Shown here: positions 10,090-19,537 of the stretch, in pieces | Layout: the number at the start of each line of letters is the position of its first letter | Numbering within the stretch: position 1 is the first letter of the stretch | Origin: Candidatus Heimdallarchaeota archaeon | GTDB lineage: Archaea > Asgardarchaeota > Heimdallarchaeia > Heimdallarchaeales > Heimdallarchaeaceae | DNA length: 64,000 bases | Reading direction: 5' to 3' | Assembly (NCBI GenBank): GCA_018238545.1 | Contig: JABCTC010000016.1 | Coordinates: forward strand, 1 to 64,000 | The notes under the pieces: generated by a model | Told to the model about the DNA's origin: nothing | Databases searched by the model: none | The model's input: only the letters and a program-made list of their open reading frames with translations | Translations under genes and position numbers: made by a program

Positions 10090-11439
10090 ATGTTAGAGAA
10101 AGTTGAAAAATTTCTAGGGGAAAATAATTCATTACATATTGCTTCAAGTAGTTATAATATCCCCAATCTTTCCAAATGCACATATGTTTCAGAAGGAACT
10201 ACATTAATTATTGCTGGAGAGCAAAACAGTTCGCTCATTGAACAAATACGATTTAACCCAAAAGTGGAAATAATAATCACTGATGGTGAGATTACTCTCA
10301 AATATATAGGAAGAGCTAAAATTGTTAGTGATTATCCTAATCAGGAAAAACTTACTGAAGATTTAGCGAAAAAAGATGACCTAGAAAAAAAAGGAATTTT
10401 TGGTGTTGATCTTGTACAAATTGTTCCCACAGTGATAAAAGTGTCTCAATGGGATTATAATCAAGAATTCAAAGAAAATAGACCTTCAATACTGAAAGAT
10501 TTCTTCTATTCAATAACAAAAACCCTTAAAATCTGGGCAAAGGGAATAAGATTACCATTCATTTCTGTTACAGTGTTATCAGTTGTAGTTGGAACTGCTA
10601 TAGCGTATTATAAGGATAGAAGCTTTGATTGGTTAATTTTTCTTCTAGCAGTTATTGGTATTTTAGCTTTTAATGCATGTGTTGATTTAATGAATGATTT
10701 CTTTGATCATTTATCAAGAAACGATGAAGTTAACGAAAAACTCACTCCATTTTCAGGAGGATCTCGAATGATTCAGAACAAACTTTTCTCTCCAACTCGG
10801 ACATTGGTGGGAGCTATTGTTGCTTTCCTAATCACTCTTGGAATTGGTTTATACATTAATTTTACAATCCTCGGAAACGTTGTTCTCTACATTGGCATTG
10901 GAGGGGTGTTTATAGGAATTTTCTATGTAGGAAAACCAATTAATCTTGCAAAGTTAGGATTTGCAGAAATAGGTATTTTCATCAGTCTTGGACCAGTTAC
11001 TGTTTTCAGTGCATATTACATACAACAAGAGAAATTTTCTCCAATACCAATTTATGTGTCAATAATAGTAGGACTCCTAATCTCTTTAGTGCTATTTGTT
11101 AATCAGTTTCCAGATTACGAGGCAGATAAAGAATCTGGGAGAAGGAATTTTATTGTTTTAGCTGGGAGAGAAATTTCCTCTATAGTATTTATCATTTTCT
11201 TGAGTTTAACTTATGTTATTCTTATAATATTAGTAATTCTCCAAATTCTACCCTACTTGAGCCTTATTGCTTTAGCATCTCTTCTATTTGCTGTGAAAGC
11301 TATGATAACAACCAGAAAATATTATGATGACTATTTAGCAATGATTCCAGCTCAAGCTATGACTATACTTACAACCCTAGCTTTTACTGTTCTATTAGCT
11401 ATTTCCCTATTTGTTGCTGGTGCAGTACGCACGTTATGA
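10090..11439 (+). CDS. menA: MenA-like UbiA prenyltransferase with N-terminal split-barrel (PNPOx-like) domain
   Basis: NDFFDH...D, SGGSR, NQFPDYEADKESGRR and multiple TMs; extra ~130-aa soluble N-terminus. Confidence 0.8.
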   Translation: MLEKVEKFLGENNSLHIASSSYNIPNLSKCTYVSEGTTLIIAGEQNSSLIEQIRFNPKVEIIITDGEITLKYIGRAKIVSDYPNQEKLTEDLAKKDDLEKKGIFGVDLVQIVPTVIKVSQWDYNQEFKENRPSILKDFFYSITKTLKIWAKGIRLPFISVTVLSVVVGTAIAYYKDRSFDWLIFLLAVIGILAFNACVDLMNDFFDHLSRNDEVNEKLTPFSGGSRMIQNKLFSPTRTLVGAIVAFLITLGIGLYINFTILGNVVLYIGIGGVFIGIFYVGKPINLAKLGFAEIGIFISLGPVTVFSAYYIQQEKFSPIPIYVSIIVGLLISLVLFVNQFPDYEADKESGRRNFIVLAGREISSIVFIIFLSLTYVILIILVILQILPYLSLIALASLLFAVKAMITTRKYYDDYLAMIPAQAMTILTTLAFTVLLAISLFVAGAVRTL

Positions 11440-11446
11440 AACTTGG

Positions 11447-11797
11447 TCAAACTTGCCAGAGGCGGTCTAACCGTTGTTTAAGTGGGTCCCCTCACGTGCG
11501 TTGAGGGGAAGAATCATGAGGATCATGATTGGGGAAGGAAGGAAGGGAGTGCGCATTTACTCCGACAACATTCCTGCCATTGCGCATCGTGCTGTATGGT
11601 TCAAGCTTTATTAACTGAGGGACAAGTGTTCAAACACTTGCGAACCATAAATATGGCGAGTTTTCGCCAAGCACTACCCATATATCAGCACTTTCCTATA
11701 TAAACTCGTAGAAAAATGGAAGAAAATTGGAGAGATATTAACCATCACCACCTCAACATGCAATGAGGGACAACTCAGAGACTTCTGGCAAGATTGA
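11447..11797 (+). ncRNA. Candidate structured non-coding RNA of unknown class (~350 nt)
   Basis: Ends pair (CTTGCCAGAGG / CTTCTGGCAAG); long inner helix; several hairpins; G-U pairs favour the + strand; no credible ORF. Confidence 0.6.
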
Positions 11798-11832
11798 ATA
11801 AGATTTTAATCATCTGTTGCTTACGGTAAAAA

Positions 11833-13104
11833 CTATTCCCTTATTCTCTCTTTATTTTTCATAACAATTTTTCCATCTTTGATTATCATATTTGTGTGAT
11901 TAACCGCATATTGATATGGAAGCGAAGAGACACTAGGTAAATCTAGAATCAGAACATCTGCATTCATTCCTAAATCAAGGCTACCAATTTGTTGTTCTCT
12001 GTTAAGCGATTTTGCTCCACCATAGGTTGCAGCTAATAGAGCTTCTTCTGGTAACATCTTCATCATAAAACAACCAAGAGCTACAACAAATTGCATATTT
12101 GTTAGATAACAATTAGGGTTAAAATCTGATGATAACGCTACTGTCACCTCTGCATCTTTAAACATATTATAATTTGCATATTTCTTTGACATTAGAACAA
12201 AAGGCGTTCCTGGGAGTAAATTTGCGACTACTCCTGCATCTGCCATAGAACGAGCAGAAATTGCTTCTGCTTTTAAGAGATGGTCAGCAGATGTTGCACC
12301 AATGGTTGCAGCCATCAATGCGGCTCCGACATTTTCCATCTCGTCTGCATGCACCCTTAGCTTGAAGTCGTTATCTAATGCTTCTTTCAGGAAATATTCA
12401 GATTCTTCAATTGAAAATGCACCTTGATCTGTCCAAATATCAACATATTCTGCTAAATTTCTTCTTTTGATTTCCGGCAAAAGAAGTATCATACTTTCAA
12501 TATATTCCCATTGGTTTCCTATGAAATCTTCAGGTGTAACGTGACATCCCAAGAAGGTTGGTATAACATCTATTGGATGTTTTTCATTGACTTCATTTAT
12601 TACTTCGAGGATTTTAATTTCGTCTTCGGCATTTAATCCATATCCAGATTTTGCTTCAATTGTTGTAGTACCATGTACGAGCATCTCATCTAGTCGTTCC
12701 ATAGCAAGTGCTACAAGTTCTTCTTTAGAAGCGGCTCGTGTCTGATTAACTGTATAGGATATTCCTCCTCCGCCTTTAGAGATTTCAGAATAAGTCTTTC
12801 CTTGAATTTTCAAACTTAGCTCATGTGATCGGTCACCTGCAAAAACCAAATGAGTATGAGAATCTACAAAACCAGGACATATAGTTTGTTTTGAACAATC
12901 AATTATCTCAAAATCGCTTCTTGTATACTCAGCTAGTATCCGAGAAGAATCACCTATGGCTTCTATCACTCCATTACGTATTACTAAACTATCAGGAACT
13001 TCATTTGAGTAGATAGGTTCGTATTTCGTAACATTCCCTAGAAAAAGCTCAGAAGCGCTCGTTAGAATTATACCTTCTTTTTGATTAGAAATCATGATTG
13101 TCAT
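11833..13104 (-). CDS. hutI: Imidazolonepropionase
   Basis: PGFVDSHTHLVFAGDR, GTTTIEAKSGYGL, HADE, SADHL, DFNP. Confidence 0.95.
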   Translation of the reverse strand: MTIMISNQKEGIILTSASELFLGNVTKYEPIYSNEVPDSLVIRNGVIEAIGDSSRILAEYTRSDFEIIDCSKQTICPGFVDSHTHLVFAGDRSHELSLKIQGKTYSEISKGGGGISYTVNQTRAASKEELVALAMERLDEMLVHGTTTIEAKSGYGLNAEDEIKILEVINEVNEKHPIDVIPTFLGCHVTPEDFIGNQWEYIESMILLLPEIKRRNLAEYVDIWTDQGAFSIEESEYFLKEALDNDFKLRVHADEMENVGAALMAATIGATSADHLLKAEAISARSMADAGVVANLLPGTPFVLMSKKYANYNMFKDAEVTVALSSDFNPNCYLTNMQFVVALGCFMMKMLPEEALLAATYGGAKSLNREQQIGSLDLGMNADVLILDLPSVSSLPYQYAVNHTNMIIKDGKIVMKNKERIRE

Positions 13105-13214
13105 ATTTTTAAGAAAATGCGTTAATTTAAAGTTTACTTCAAACCATTAAAAAAAGGAAAATAAAGGAAATGAGTTTTTTATCGTTTACTCATTCAATTA
13201 ATGCTTTAGAAGTT

Positions 13215-14738
13215 TCAGCCTAAGCTTCCAATTTCTTTTTCAACTTCTTCTAGAATTTCGCAAGATTTGACCAATTCTTTCATGTTGGTATGATCATCAT
13301 ACAATGGTCTGTCTATATCTAGGAACTCTACATGGCGTCTGATAACCTCTTTGGCCTTAGTGACACCATCACCGAATTTAAACTCTCGAAAGTCCAAAGC
13401 TTGAGCAGCAGCCATAAATTCTATTCCCAAAACACCATACGCATTATCCATTATTTGGAAGTTCTTTATAGCTGTATTCATACCCATAGACACAAAATCT
13501 TCTTGATCTGCAGCAGCAGGTATTGATTGAATACTTGCAGGCATAGATAGTATCCTCATTTCAACGATTTGCATATCAGCAGTATATTGACTAAGCATCA
13601 ACCCCGACATTAAACCTGCTCCTTTTGATAAAAAGGGTGGTAATCCCACGCTTAGAGCTGGGTGGTTTAATCTATTCATCCTTCTTTCAGACATTACACA
13701 AACCATTGTTATAGCAGCTCCAATCATATCCATAGGTAAACATACAGGAGTTCCTTGGAAATTGGCACCGGTTATCTGAATGTTCTCATCTGGGAAGAAG
13801 ACTGGATTATCCCCTACACCGTTCAACTCTATTTCAACCTGAGATCTAGCCCAGGCTAGAGCATCATGAACTGCACCTAGTACTTGGGGTGCTGAACGCA
13901 TGGAATATGCATCTTGAACCTTAACTTTAAGTCTCCCTTCATACAAATCTCCACCCTTGAAAAGTTTGGTTAATGATTTTGCACATCTTACTGCACCTGG
14001 AAAACCACGAGCTTCATGTAACAGCGGAGTGTATGGTTTCATATTTCCCATTAAAGCTTCAATAGACATTGCACAAGCAATTTCTGCTTGTTTTATGAAC
14101 CTAAGAGAATCATAAAGGAAGATTGCACTCATAGCTGTAAGAAGATTTGAACCGTTAATTGCTGCTAAACCATCTCGTGCTTTTAACCCTGGAACTTCAA
14201 TACCTGCCTTATCCATGGCTTCTTTACCCTCAAGTAATTCACCTTTATAATACGCTTTTCCTTCACCCATTAGTAAGAGTGCAATTTGTGACATAGGTGC
14301 TAAATCACCAGATGCACCAACAGATCCTTTTTGGCAGACAAATGGAGTTAGCCCTTTATTTAACATTGCAACTAGTGTTTCAGCAATAATTGGTCTATTT
14401 CCTGAATTACCATGGGCTAGAACATTAATTCTACCTAGCATTGCACCACGTACATATTCAATAGGTGCTGGATCCCCTATGCCTGCGGCATGGTTATAAA
14501 TTAGATATTTTTGAAATAAACCAACTTCTTCATCAGTTAGTACAACTTCGGAAAATTCTCCAATTCCAGTGTTCACACCGTACATAATTTCTCCAGCACT
14601 AATTTTTTCTTCTAGCATTGCTCGACATTTTACCATCCTTGCCATTGCATCAGGATGTAACTCGACTTTTTCATTATGTCGTGCTACCTTTACAACATCT
14701 TCAATTGTTAATTCTGAACCTTTTATAATATAAGTCAT
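13215..14738 (-). CDS. MIO-dependent aromatic amino acid ammonia-lyase (HutH/PAL family), atypical specificity residues
   Basis: YGVNTG, GASGDLAP (MIO Ala-Ser-Gly), QDAYSMR, QEDFVSMG. Confidence 0.9.
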   Translation of the reverse strand: MTYIIKGSELTIEDVVKVARHNEKVELHPDAMARMVKCRAMLEEKISAGEIMYGVNTGIGEFSEVVLTDEEVGLFQKYLIYNHAAGIGDPAPIEYVRGAMLGRINVLAHGNSGNRPIIAETLVAMLNKGLTPFVCQKGSVGASGDLAPMSQIALLLMGEGKAYYKGELLEGKEAMDKAGIEVPGLKARDGLAAINGSNLLTAMSAIFLYDSLRFIKQAEIACAMSIEALMGNMKPYTPLLHEARGFPGAVRCAKSLTKLFKGGDLYEGRLKVKVQDAYSMRSAPQVLGAVHDALAWARSQVEIELNGVGDNPVFFPDENIQITGANFQGTPVCLPMDMIGAAITMVCVMSERRMNRLNHPALSVGLPPFLSKGAGLMSGLMLSQYTADMQIVEMRILSMPASIQSIPAAADQEDFVSMGMNTAIKNFQIMDNAYGVLGIEFMAAAQALDFREFKFGDGVTKAKEVIRRHVEFLDIDRPLYDDHTNMKELVKSCEILEEVEKEIGSLG

Positions 14739-14918
14739 ATTCTAATCCCTTGATATGATTTAGAAAGACGATATGTCTTTCATTTAAAATTTTTGTCCAT
14801 TGGATTTGGATAATTACACGATGGATATATTTGTACACTTTTAGGTTTTGTATAATTATCCTCAATGTTAGAAAACGTAATGGATAAATAGCACAAAACA
14901 AAATGAGTGTAGGTAATA

Positions 14919-16460
14919 ATGGAACATGAAGATATCATTTTAGATGGAGATTCTCTTTCAATTAATAGTTTGATTGAAGTTACTAGGTTTGGAAGAAAAG
15001 TAAGAATTGGTGAGGAAGCAAAAAAGAGAATTGAAAAAGCAAGAGAGATCTTAGAGGATAAGCTTGAGAAGAATGAAACCATGTATGGTATTTCAACAGG
15101 TTTTGGAAAACTTTCTGGCACAATTATATCTCCATCAGAAAGAGAAATACTTCAAAAGAATATTATTAGATCACATAGTATAGGTTTTGGTCCTTACCTT
15201 CCTGATGAAATTGTTTTAGGATCAATGGTTATAGAACTTAATTCCTTCTGCAAAGGAGGTAGTGGAATTAGATTCAAAACTGTGGAAATGCTCAAGAATC
15301 TAATTAACAACAATGTCATACCATTAGTACCCAGTATTGGTTCTCTAGGAGCTAGCGGTGATTTATCCCCGCTTGCATATATTGCAAGAGTTCTCATAGG
15401 AGAGGGGGAGGCAAAATATGAAAACAAAGTGCAAAAGAGTTCTGATATCCTTTCGAAACTCAAGTTATCACCTATCAAACTACATGCAAAAGAAGGGATT
15501 TCGCTAATAAATGGGACACATGTACTAACTTCATTTGCTGCTCATGTTGTTCTTGATTCAGAAAACATTTTGAAGAATTCTGTACTTGCCATAGGATTAA
15601 CATTAGAAACTTTTGACGGAAATGTTAATGCATTTTCTTCATTTATTATGAATCTTCGTCCTCATAAAGGGCAGATGAGATTTGCCAAATCTGTTCTTAA
15701 TGTTCTTGCAGGTAGTGATTTGCTTACTAAACAACCTAAAAGAATTCAAGATCCATATTCAATTAGATGCTCACCTCAAGTCCATGGAGCAATTCTAGAT
15801 GTAATTGAACATAGTAAAAAACTAGTAGAAATTGAAATCAACTCAACCACTGATAACCCCTTGATAGATCAGGCAACATCAGATGTGGTATCTGGGGGGA
15901 ATTTTCATGGAGAACCAATTGGATTAGCGATGGATTATTTGGCTATAGCTATGACCGAACTAGGTAACATATCTGAAAGAAGAGTAAACCTCCTATTAGA
16001 CGCTTCAATATCAGGACTACCTTCTTTTCTTTGTGAAAATCCTGGCTTAAATTCTGGTTTAATGATGATACAATATGCTGACGCAGCTTTATCGGGAGAA
16101 AATAAAATACTTTCATCACCAGCTTCTATAGATAATACCTCTGTATCTGCAAACCAAGAAGATCATGTTTCAATGGGGTTAACAGCTAGTAAGAAAGCTT
16201 ACCATTTGGTGAAGAATGTGGCTCAAATGGTTGGGATTGAGATTTATACAGCATGTCAAGGTTTAGAGTTTGTGGAAAACAGAACTCTATCAGATATTCT
16301 TAGTAATATTTACTCATATATTCGAGAAAAAATACCTCCACTGAAGGATGATAAGCTATTTGATGAAGAAGTGTATTGGGTCATAGATCAAATAGAAAAC
16401 AGATCATTTATCAAAATTGCTGAAAAAAGTATTGGGAGAATCCTTGGTGATGTCTTGTGA
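14919..16460 (+). CDS. hutH: Histidine ammonia-lyase
   Basis: YGISTGFG, RSH specificity motif, GASGDL, SGGNFHG, NQEDHVSMG. Confidence 0.92.
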   Translation: MEHEDIILDGDSLSINSLIEVTRFGRKVRIGEEAKKRIEKAREILEDKLEKNETMYGISTGFGKLSGTIISPSEREILQKNIIRSHSIGFGPYLPDEIVLGSMVIELNSFCKGGSGIRFKTVEMLKNLINNNVIPLVPSIGSLGASGDLSPLAYIARVLIGEGEAKYENKVQKSSDILSKLKLSPIKLHAKEGISLINGTHVLTSFAAHVVLDSENILKNSVLAIGLTLETFDGNVNAFSSFIMNLRPHKGQMRFAKSVLNVLAGSDLLTKQPKRIQDPYSIRCSPQVHGAILDVIEHSKKLVEIEINSTTDNPLIDQATSDVVSGGNFHGEPIGLAMDYLAIAMTELGNISERRVNLLLDASISGLPSFLCENPGLNSGLMMIQYADAALSGENKILSSPASIDNTSVSANQEDHVSMGLTASKKAYHLVKNVAQMVGIEIYTACQGLEFVENRTLSDILSNIYSYIREKIPPLKDDKLFDEEVYWVIDQIENRSFIKIAEKSIGRILGDVL

Positions 16461-17314
16461 CGATAGCAGTTATTGGAGACATTCACGGTTCACTCAACAA
16501 TCTAAGTAGACTTATTCCAAAAATCAAACATGCAAAGGCACTTTTTGTTACGGGAGATATCACAGGTACGATTTCATACTCTTTAATTGTGAAATCAATA
16601 CTTGAAACCAAAACCATTTCCCGTGAAAAATATACTGACCTTGTCTATGGAAAATATAGGGAGAAGTTTGTTAAATTTCAAATTAAATCAGCAGTTAAAT
16701 TTCTTAAGCTTGTTCGGAAATTGGAGTATCCTGTATTCTTTACGCACGGAAACAGTGAGACTGAAGAGGTTAGAGAATTTTTCACATCACAATCTAAAGA
16801 CAATGATAACTTATACTACTTAGGTAATTCCGTTATCAGACATGATGAATGGATAATTACTGGATATGGATATTGTTCTCCAGCTGTTTATAGAAAAGCT
16901 TTGCAGACACCTGGAGAGAAGGAAAACAATGAAATCATCAAAGAATTGCAAACTTTGGAAACTAAGTTATTAAGCATTAATTCAGATATTGATTATACTA
17001 AATTTGCTTTGTTTCATGAACCTCCATACAATACAAAAGCAGATTATCTCCCATTTCTGAAAACGCATGGGGGTAGCAAAAATATTCTCGCCCATATTAA
17101 TCGTGTAAAGTATGATTATGTTTTTGCAGGTCATATTCATGAATCTCAAGGGTATGAGACTAGGGAAGGATCAACAATCCTGAATCCTGGAGCTTTAGTG
17201 AATGCTCAATGGGCTATCTTAAAACTCAAAGAAAAAACCGTGCAATGCAACAAATTACTGTCGCTTTTCAATCTGAAGAGTTTCATCTATAATACTCGCC
17301 AACATTATCAATGA
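16457..17314 (+). CDS. Calcineurin-like metallophosphoesterase
   Basis: GDIHG, GD, GNSE, HEPP, GHIHE, NPG; GTGA overlap with the hutH stop. Confidence 0.9.
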   Translation: MTIAVIGDIHGSLNNLSRLIPKIKHAKALFVTGDITGTISYSLIVKSILETKTISREKYTDLVYGKYREKFVKFQIKSAVKFLKLVRKLEYPVFFTHGNSETEEVREFFTSQSKDNDNLYYLGNSVIRHDEWIITGYGYCSPAVYRKALQTPGEKENNEIIKELQTLETKLLSINSDIDYTKFALFHEPPYNTKADYLPFLKTHGGSKNILAHINRVKYDYVFAGHIHESQGYETREGSTILNPGALVNAQWAILKLKEKTVQCNKLLSLFNLKSFIYNTRQHYQ

Positions 17315-17395
17315 TGCTACTGGTAAGGTAAAAGAATAAACCACAATATTAATAAGGATTTATTTTTACTCAAAAGTAGGTAATTGTTCAGAGTG

Positions 17396-18535
17396 ATGAT
17401 GATGATACCAGTTGTTGATGTAGATATTAAAGAAAAAGAAGTTCAAGCAGTTCAAGATGTAGTAAGGAGCAAGTATTTAGTGGAAGGGAAGAATGCGCGT
17501 TCCTTTGAACAAAAGTTTTCTGATTTTACGGGAACAAAACATGTTACAACTGTAGTTAATGGAACTAGTGCTTTGCACCTAGCGTTGACAGCTTTAGATA
17601 TTGGTCCAAAAGATGAAGTAATTACAACACCATTTACATTTATAGCATCTTCAAACTCAATTCTCTTTACTGGAGCAATTCCAGTTTTTGTTGACGTAGA
17701 TCCTGAAACATATAACATAGACCCTGAGAAAATCGAAAATAGCATTACAAAAAACACCAAAGCAATAATGCCAGTTCATATCTTCGGAAATCCTTGCGAC
17801 ATGGGCGCTATAAAAGACATAGCTGAGGACAGGAATCTAGTTGTAATAGAGGATTGTGCTCAGGCACACGGAGCATCTATTGATGGTAAGCATGTTGGTA
17901 ATTTCAGTGAAGTATCAGGATATTCATTTTATGGAACAAAGAATCTTGTTGGAGGAGAAGGAGGAGCAGTTACAACAAATAATGAAGAATTATTTGAGAA
18001 GATAAAGAGCACAAAAAATCATGGCAGAAGTCCTGCAGGTGGTTATTCACACCATTTAATTGGTTACAATTATCGTATGACAGATATGACAGCTGCAATA
18101 ATGAATGTACAAATGGACAGAGCAAAAGAAATCTTATCAAAAAGACATCATAATGGAGATAAATATAGAGAGCTCCTCAAAGATACCGAAGAGATTCAAT
18201 TACAAAAAATCTTACCAGGAAATCAACACTCAGACTATATAATGGCGCCTATTATTATGAATGATGGTGTGTCTCAAGAACAGATAATCGAGTATCTTAA
18301 GTCAAAGAAGATAGGATCAAGAACAATCTATTCTATATTAGCATATCAACAACCATGTTATATGGATTTGTCAAAGTGGGCTTTATCCAGAGTTATCGAG
18401 TATCCAGATTATTCCATTGTTAAATGCTCAGTAGCTGAAAACATTGCAAAACAGCATTTTGAACTACCGATGGTTACTTCCTTGACCGAAGAAAACGTAG
18501 ATTACATTGCAGAAACCCTTAAACAATACTTTTAA
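17396..18535 (+). CDS. DegT/DnrJ/EryC1/StrS aminotransferase
   Basis: NGTSALHLAL, EDCAQAHGA, SFYGTKN, GYNYRM. Confidence 0.93.
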   Translation: MMMIPVVDVDIKEKEVQAVQDVVRSKYLVEGKNARSFEQKFSDFTGTKHVTTVVNGTSALHLALTALDIGPKDEVITTPFTFIASSNSILFTGAIPVFVDVDPETYNIDPEKIENSITKNTKAIMPVHIFGNPCDMGAIKDIAEDRNLVVIEDCAQAHGASIDGKHVGNFSEVSGYSFYGTKNLVGGEGGAVTTNNEELFEKIKSTKNHGRSPAGGYSHHLIGYNYRMTDMTAAIMNVQMDRAKEILSKRHHNGDKYRELLKDTEEIQLQKILPGNQHSDYIMAPIIMNDGVSQEQIIEYLKSKKIGSRTIYSILAYQQPCYMDLSKWALSRVIEYPDYSIVKCSVAENIAKQHFELPMVTSLTEENVDYIAETLKQYF

Positions 18536-18625
18536 CTTGATCCCCTGAGCTAGAAGTTCGCACTTTTTTTCTTATAACTGATTAATAGTTCCGAAAACCT
18601 TTTTTGAGCAAAAAGATAATTAGGT

Positions 18626-19537
18626 ATGAATAACATGAGTGGTACGAATGAGGATGATTTTCCTCTTTATATGTCATCAGTTAACGTAAAAGAAGATAAA
18701 AACGTCGAACTAGAGCTAACGTATAGTGGAGAGTATACAGGAATTGACAATATTTTTCTTATTGGAAATAAAAATGGTCTTGTATCTGATTTAGGCAAGG
18801 CAAAGGTTTTTACAAAAGAAGAGGAACCATTTGTCACTTTCAAAATTACTATCCCAATATGGGAAGACGGTAATTTTCAAGCAGTGGTTGAGAAAGAGGG
18901 AAAATACATCTATGAGCCAGGAGAAGCTCATAACATAGTATTTAGGGGGCGCGGTATTTTTCTAGATCTTCGAAAAATATTTCATTTAACTTCGGATGTC
19001 AAACCACCAAAAGGTGAAAAAGTATCCAAAAAAGATAAAAAAGCAATAAAAGCTCAAGAGGAGATTCAAATCGAAGACAGTGGATTACCTCAGGCCTACG
19101 ATGAAGAAAACATGTTATCACTCATGCCCCGTGACTTCAAAATTTTTGGTCCAGATATGAAAAACAACATGCTTCAATTGTTAGATTACTTAGCAAATTC
19201 AAAATGTAAGCAACTTATTTGTGATAGAGTTATACTCCCAGATATCGCTAGATCTTTGAAACAATGTATCGCTCAAGAAGGAAGAGCATCCGTTTATGAT
19301 ATCTGTTTTCCAGTCATAATTTTTATTGAAAAAGCATTGATTCTAAGTGGAATGATACACAAAGAAGTTGTTGATGAAGAGAATCTGCAGAGATATCAAA
19401 AAGAAGTTGTCAATAATATTCCTGAAATCGTTAAAAGAATCAAGAATACAGAATTTCGTAATTCAACGGATTTAATAAAGAAAGAATATGACGACGATGT
19501 TCATGAACTACGAAATAGGTTAAGAGAAGAAATTTAG
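18626..19537 (+). CDS. Hypothetical protein (beta-rich N-terminus, helical C-terminus)
   Basis: 303-aa ORF; no family recognised. Confidence 0.75.
   Translation: MNNMSGTNEDDFPLYMSSVNVKEDKNVELELTYSGEYTGIDNIFLIGNKNGLVSDLGKAKVFTKEEEPFVTFKITIPIWEDGNFQAVVEKEGKYIYEPGEAHNIVFRGRGIFLDLRKIFHLTSDVKPPKGEKVSKKDKKAIKAQEEIQIEDSGLPQAYDEENMLSLMPRDFKIFGPDMKNNMLQLLDYLANSKCKQLICDRVILPDIARSLKQCIAQEGRASVYDICFPVIIFIEKALILSGMIHKEVVDEENLQRYQKEVVNNIPEIVKRIKNTEFRNSTDLIKKEYDDDVHELRNRLREEI

Noticed and set aside
11437-11481. Selenocysteine readthrough of the menA TGA with a downstream SECIS
   Set aside because: Readthrough adds only ~13 unremarkable residues and no convincing SECIS core was seen.
11482-11703. 73-aa Cys/His-rich ORF in the track
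   Set aside because: Atypical composition, no SD, and it lies wholly within the predicted RNA structure; probably spurious.
11447-11797. Calling the element SRP RNA, RNase P RNA or a MITE
   Set aside because: Diagnostic SRP and RNase P motifs were not found; no target-site duplication, transposase or second copy in the window. Left unassigned.
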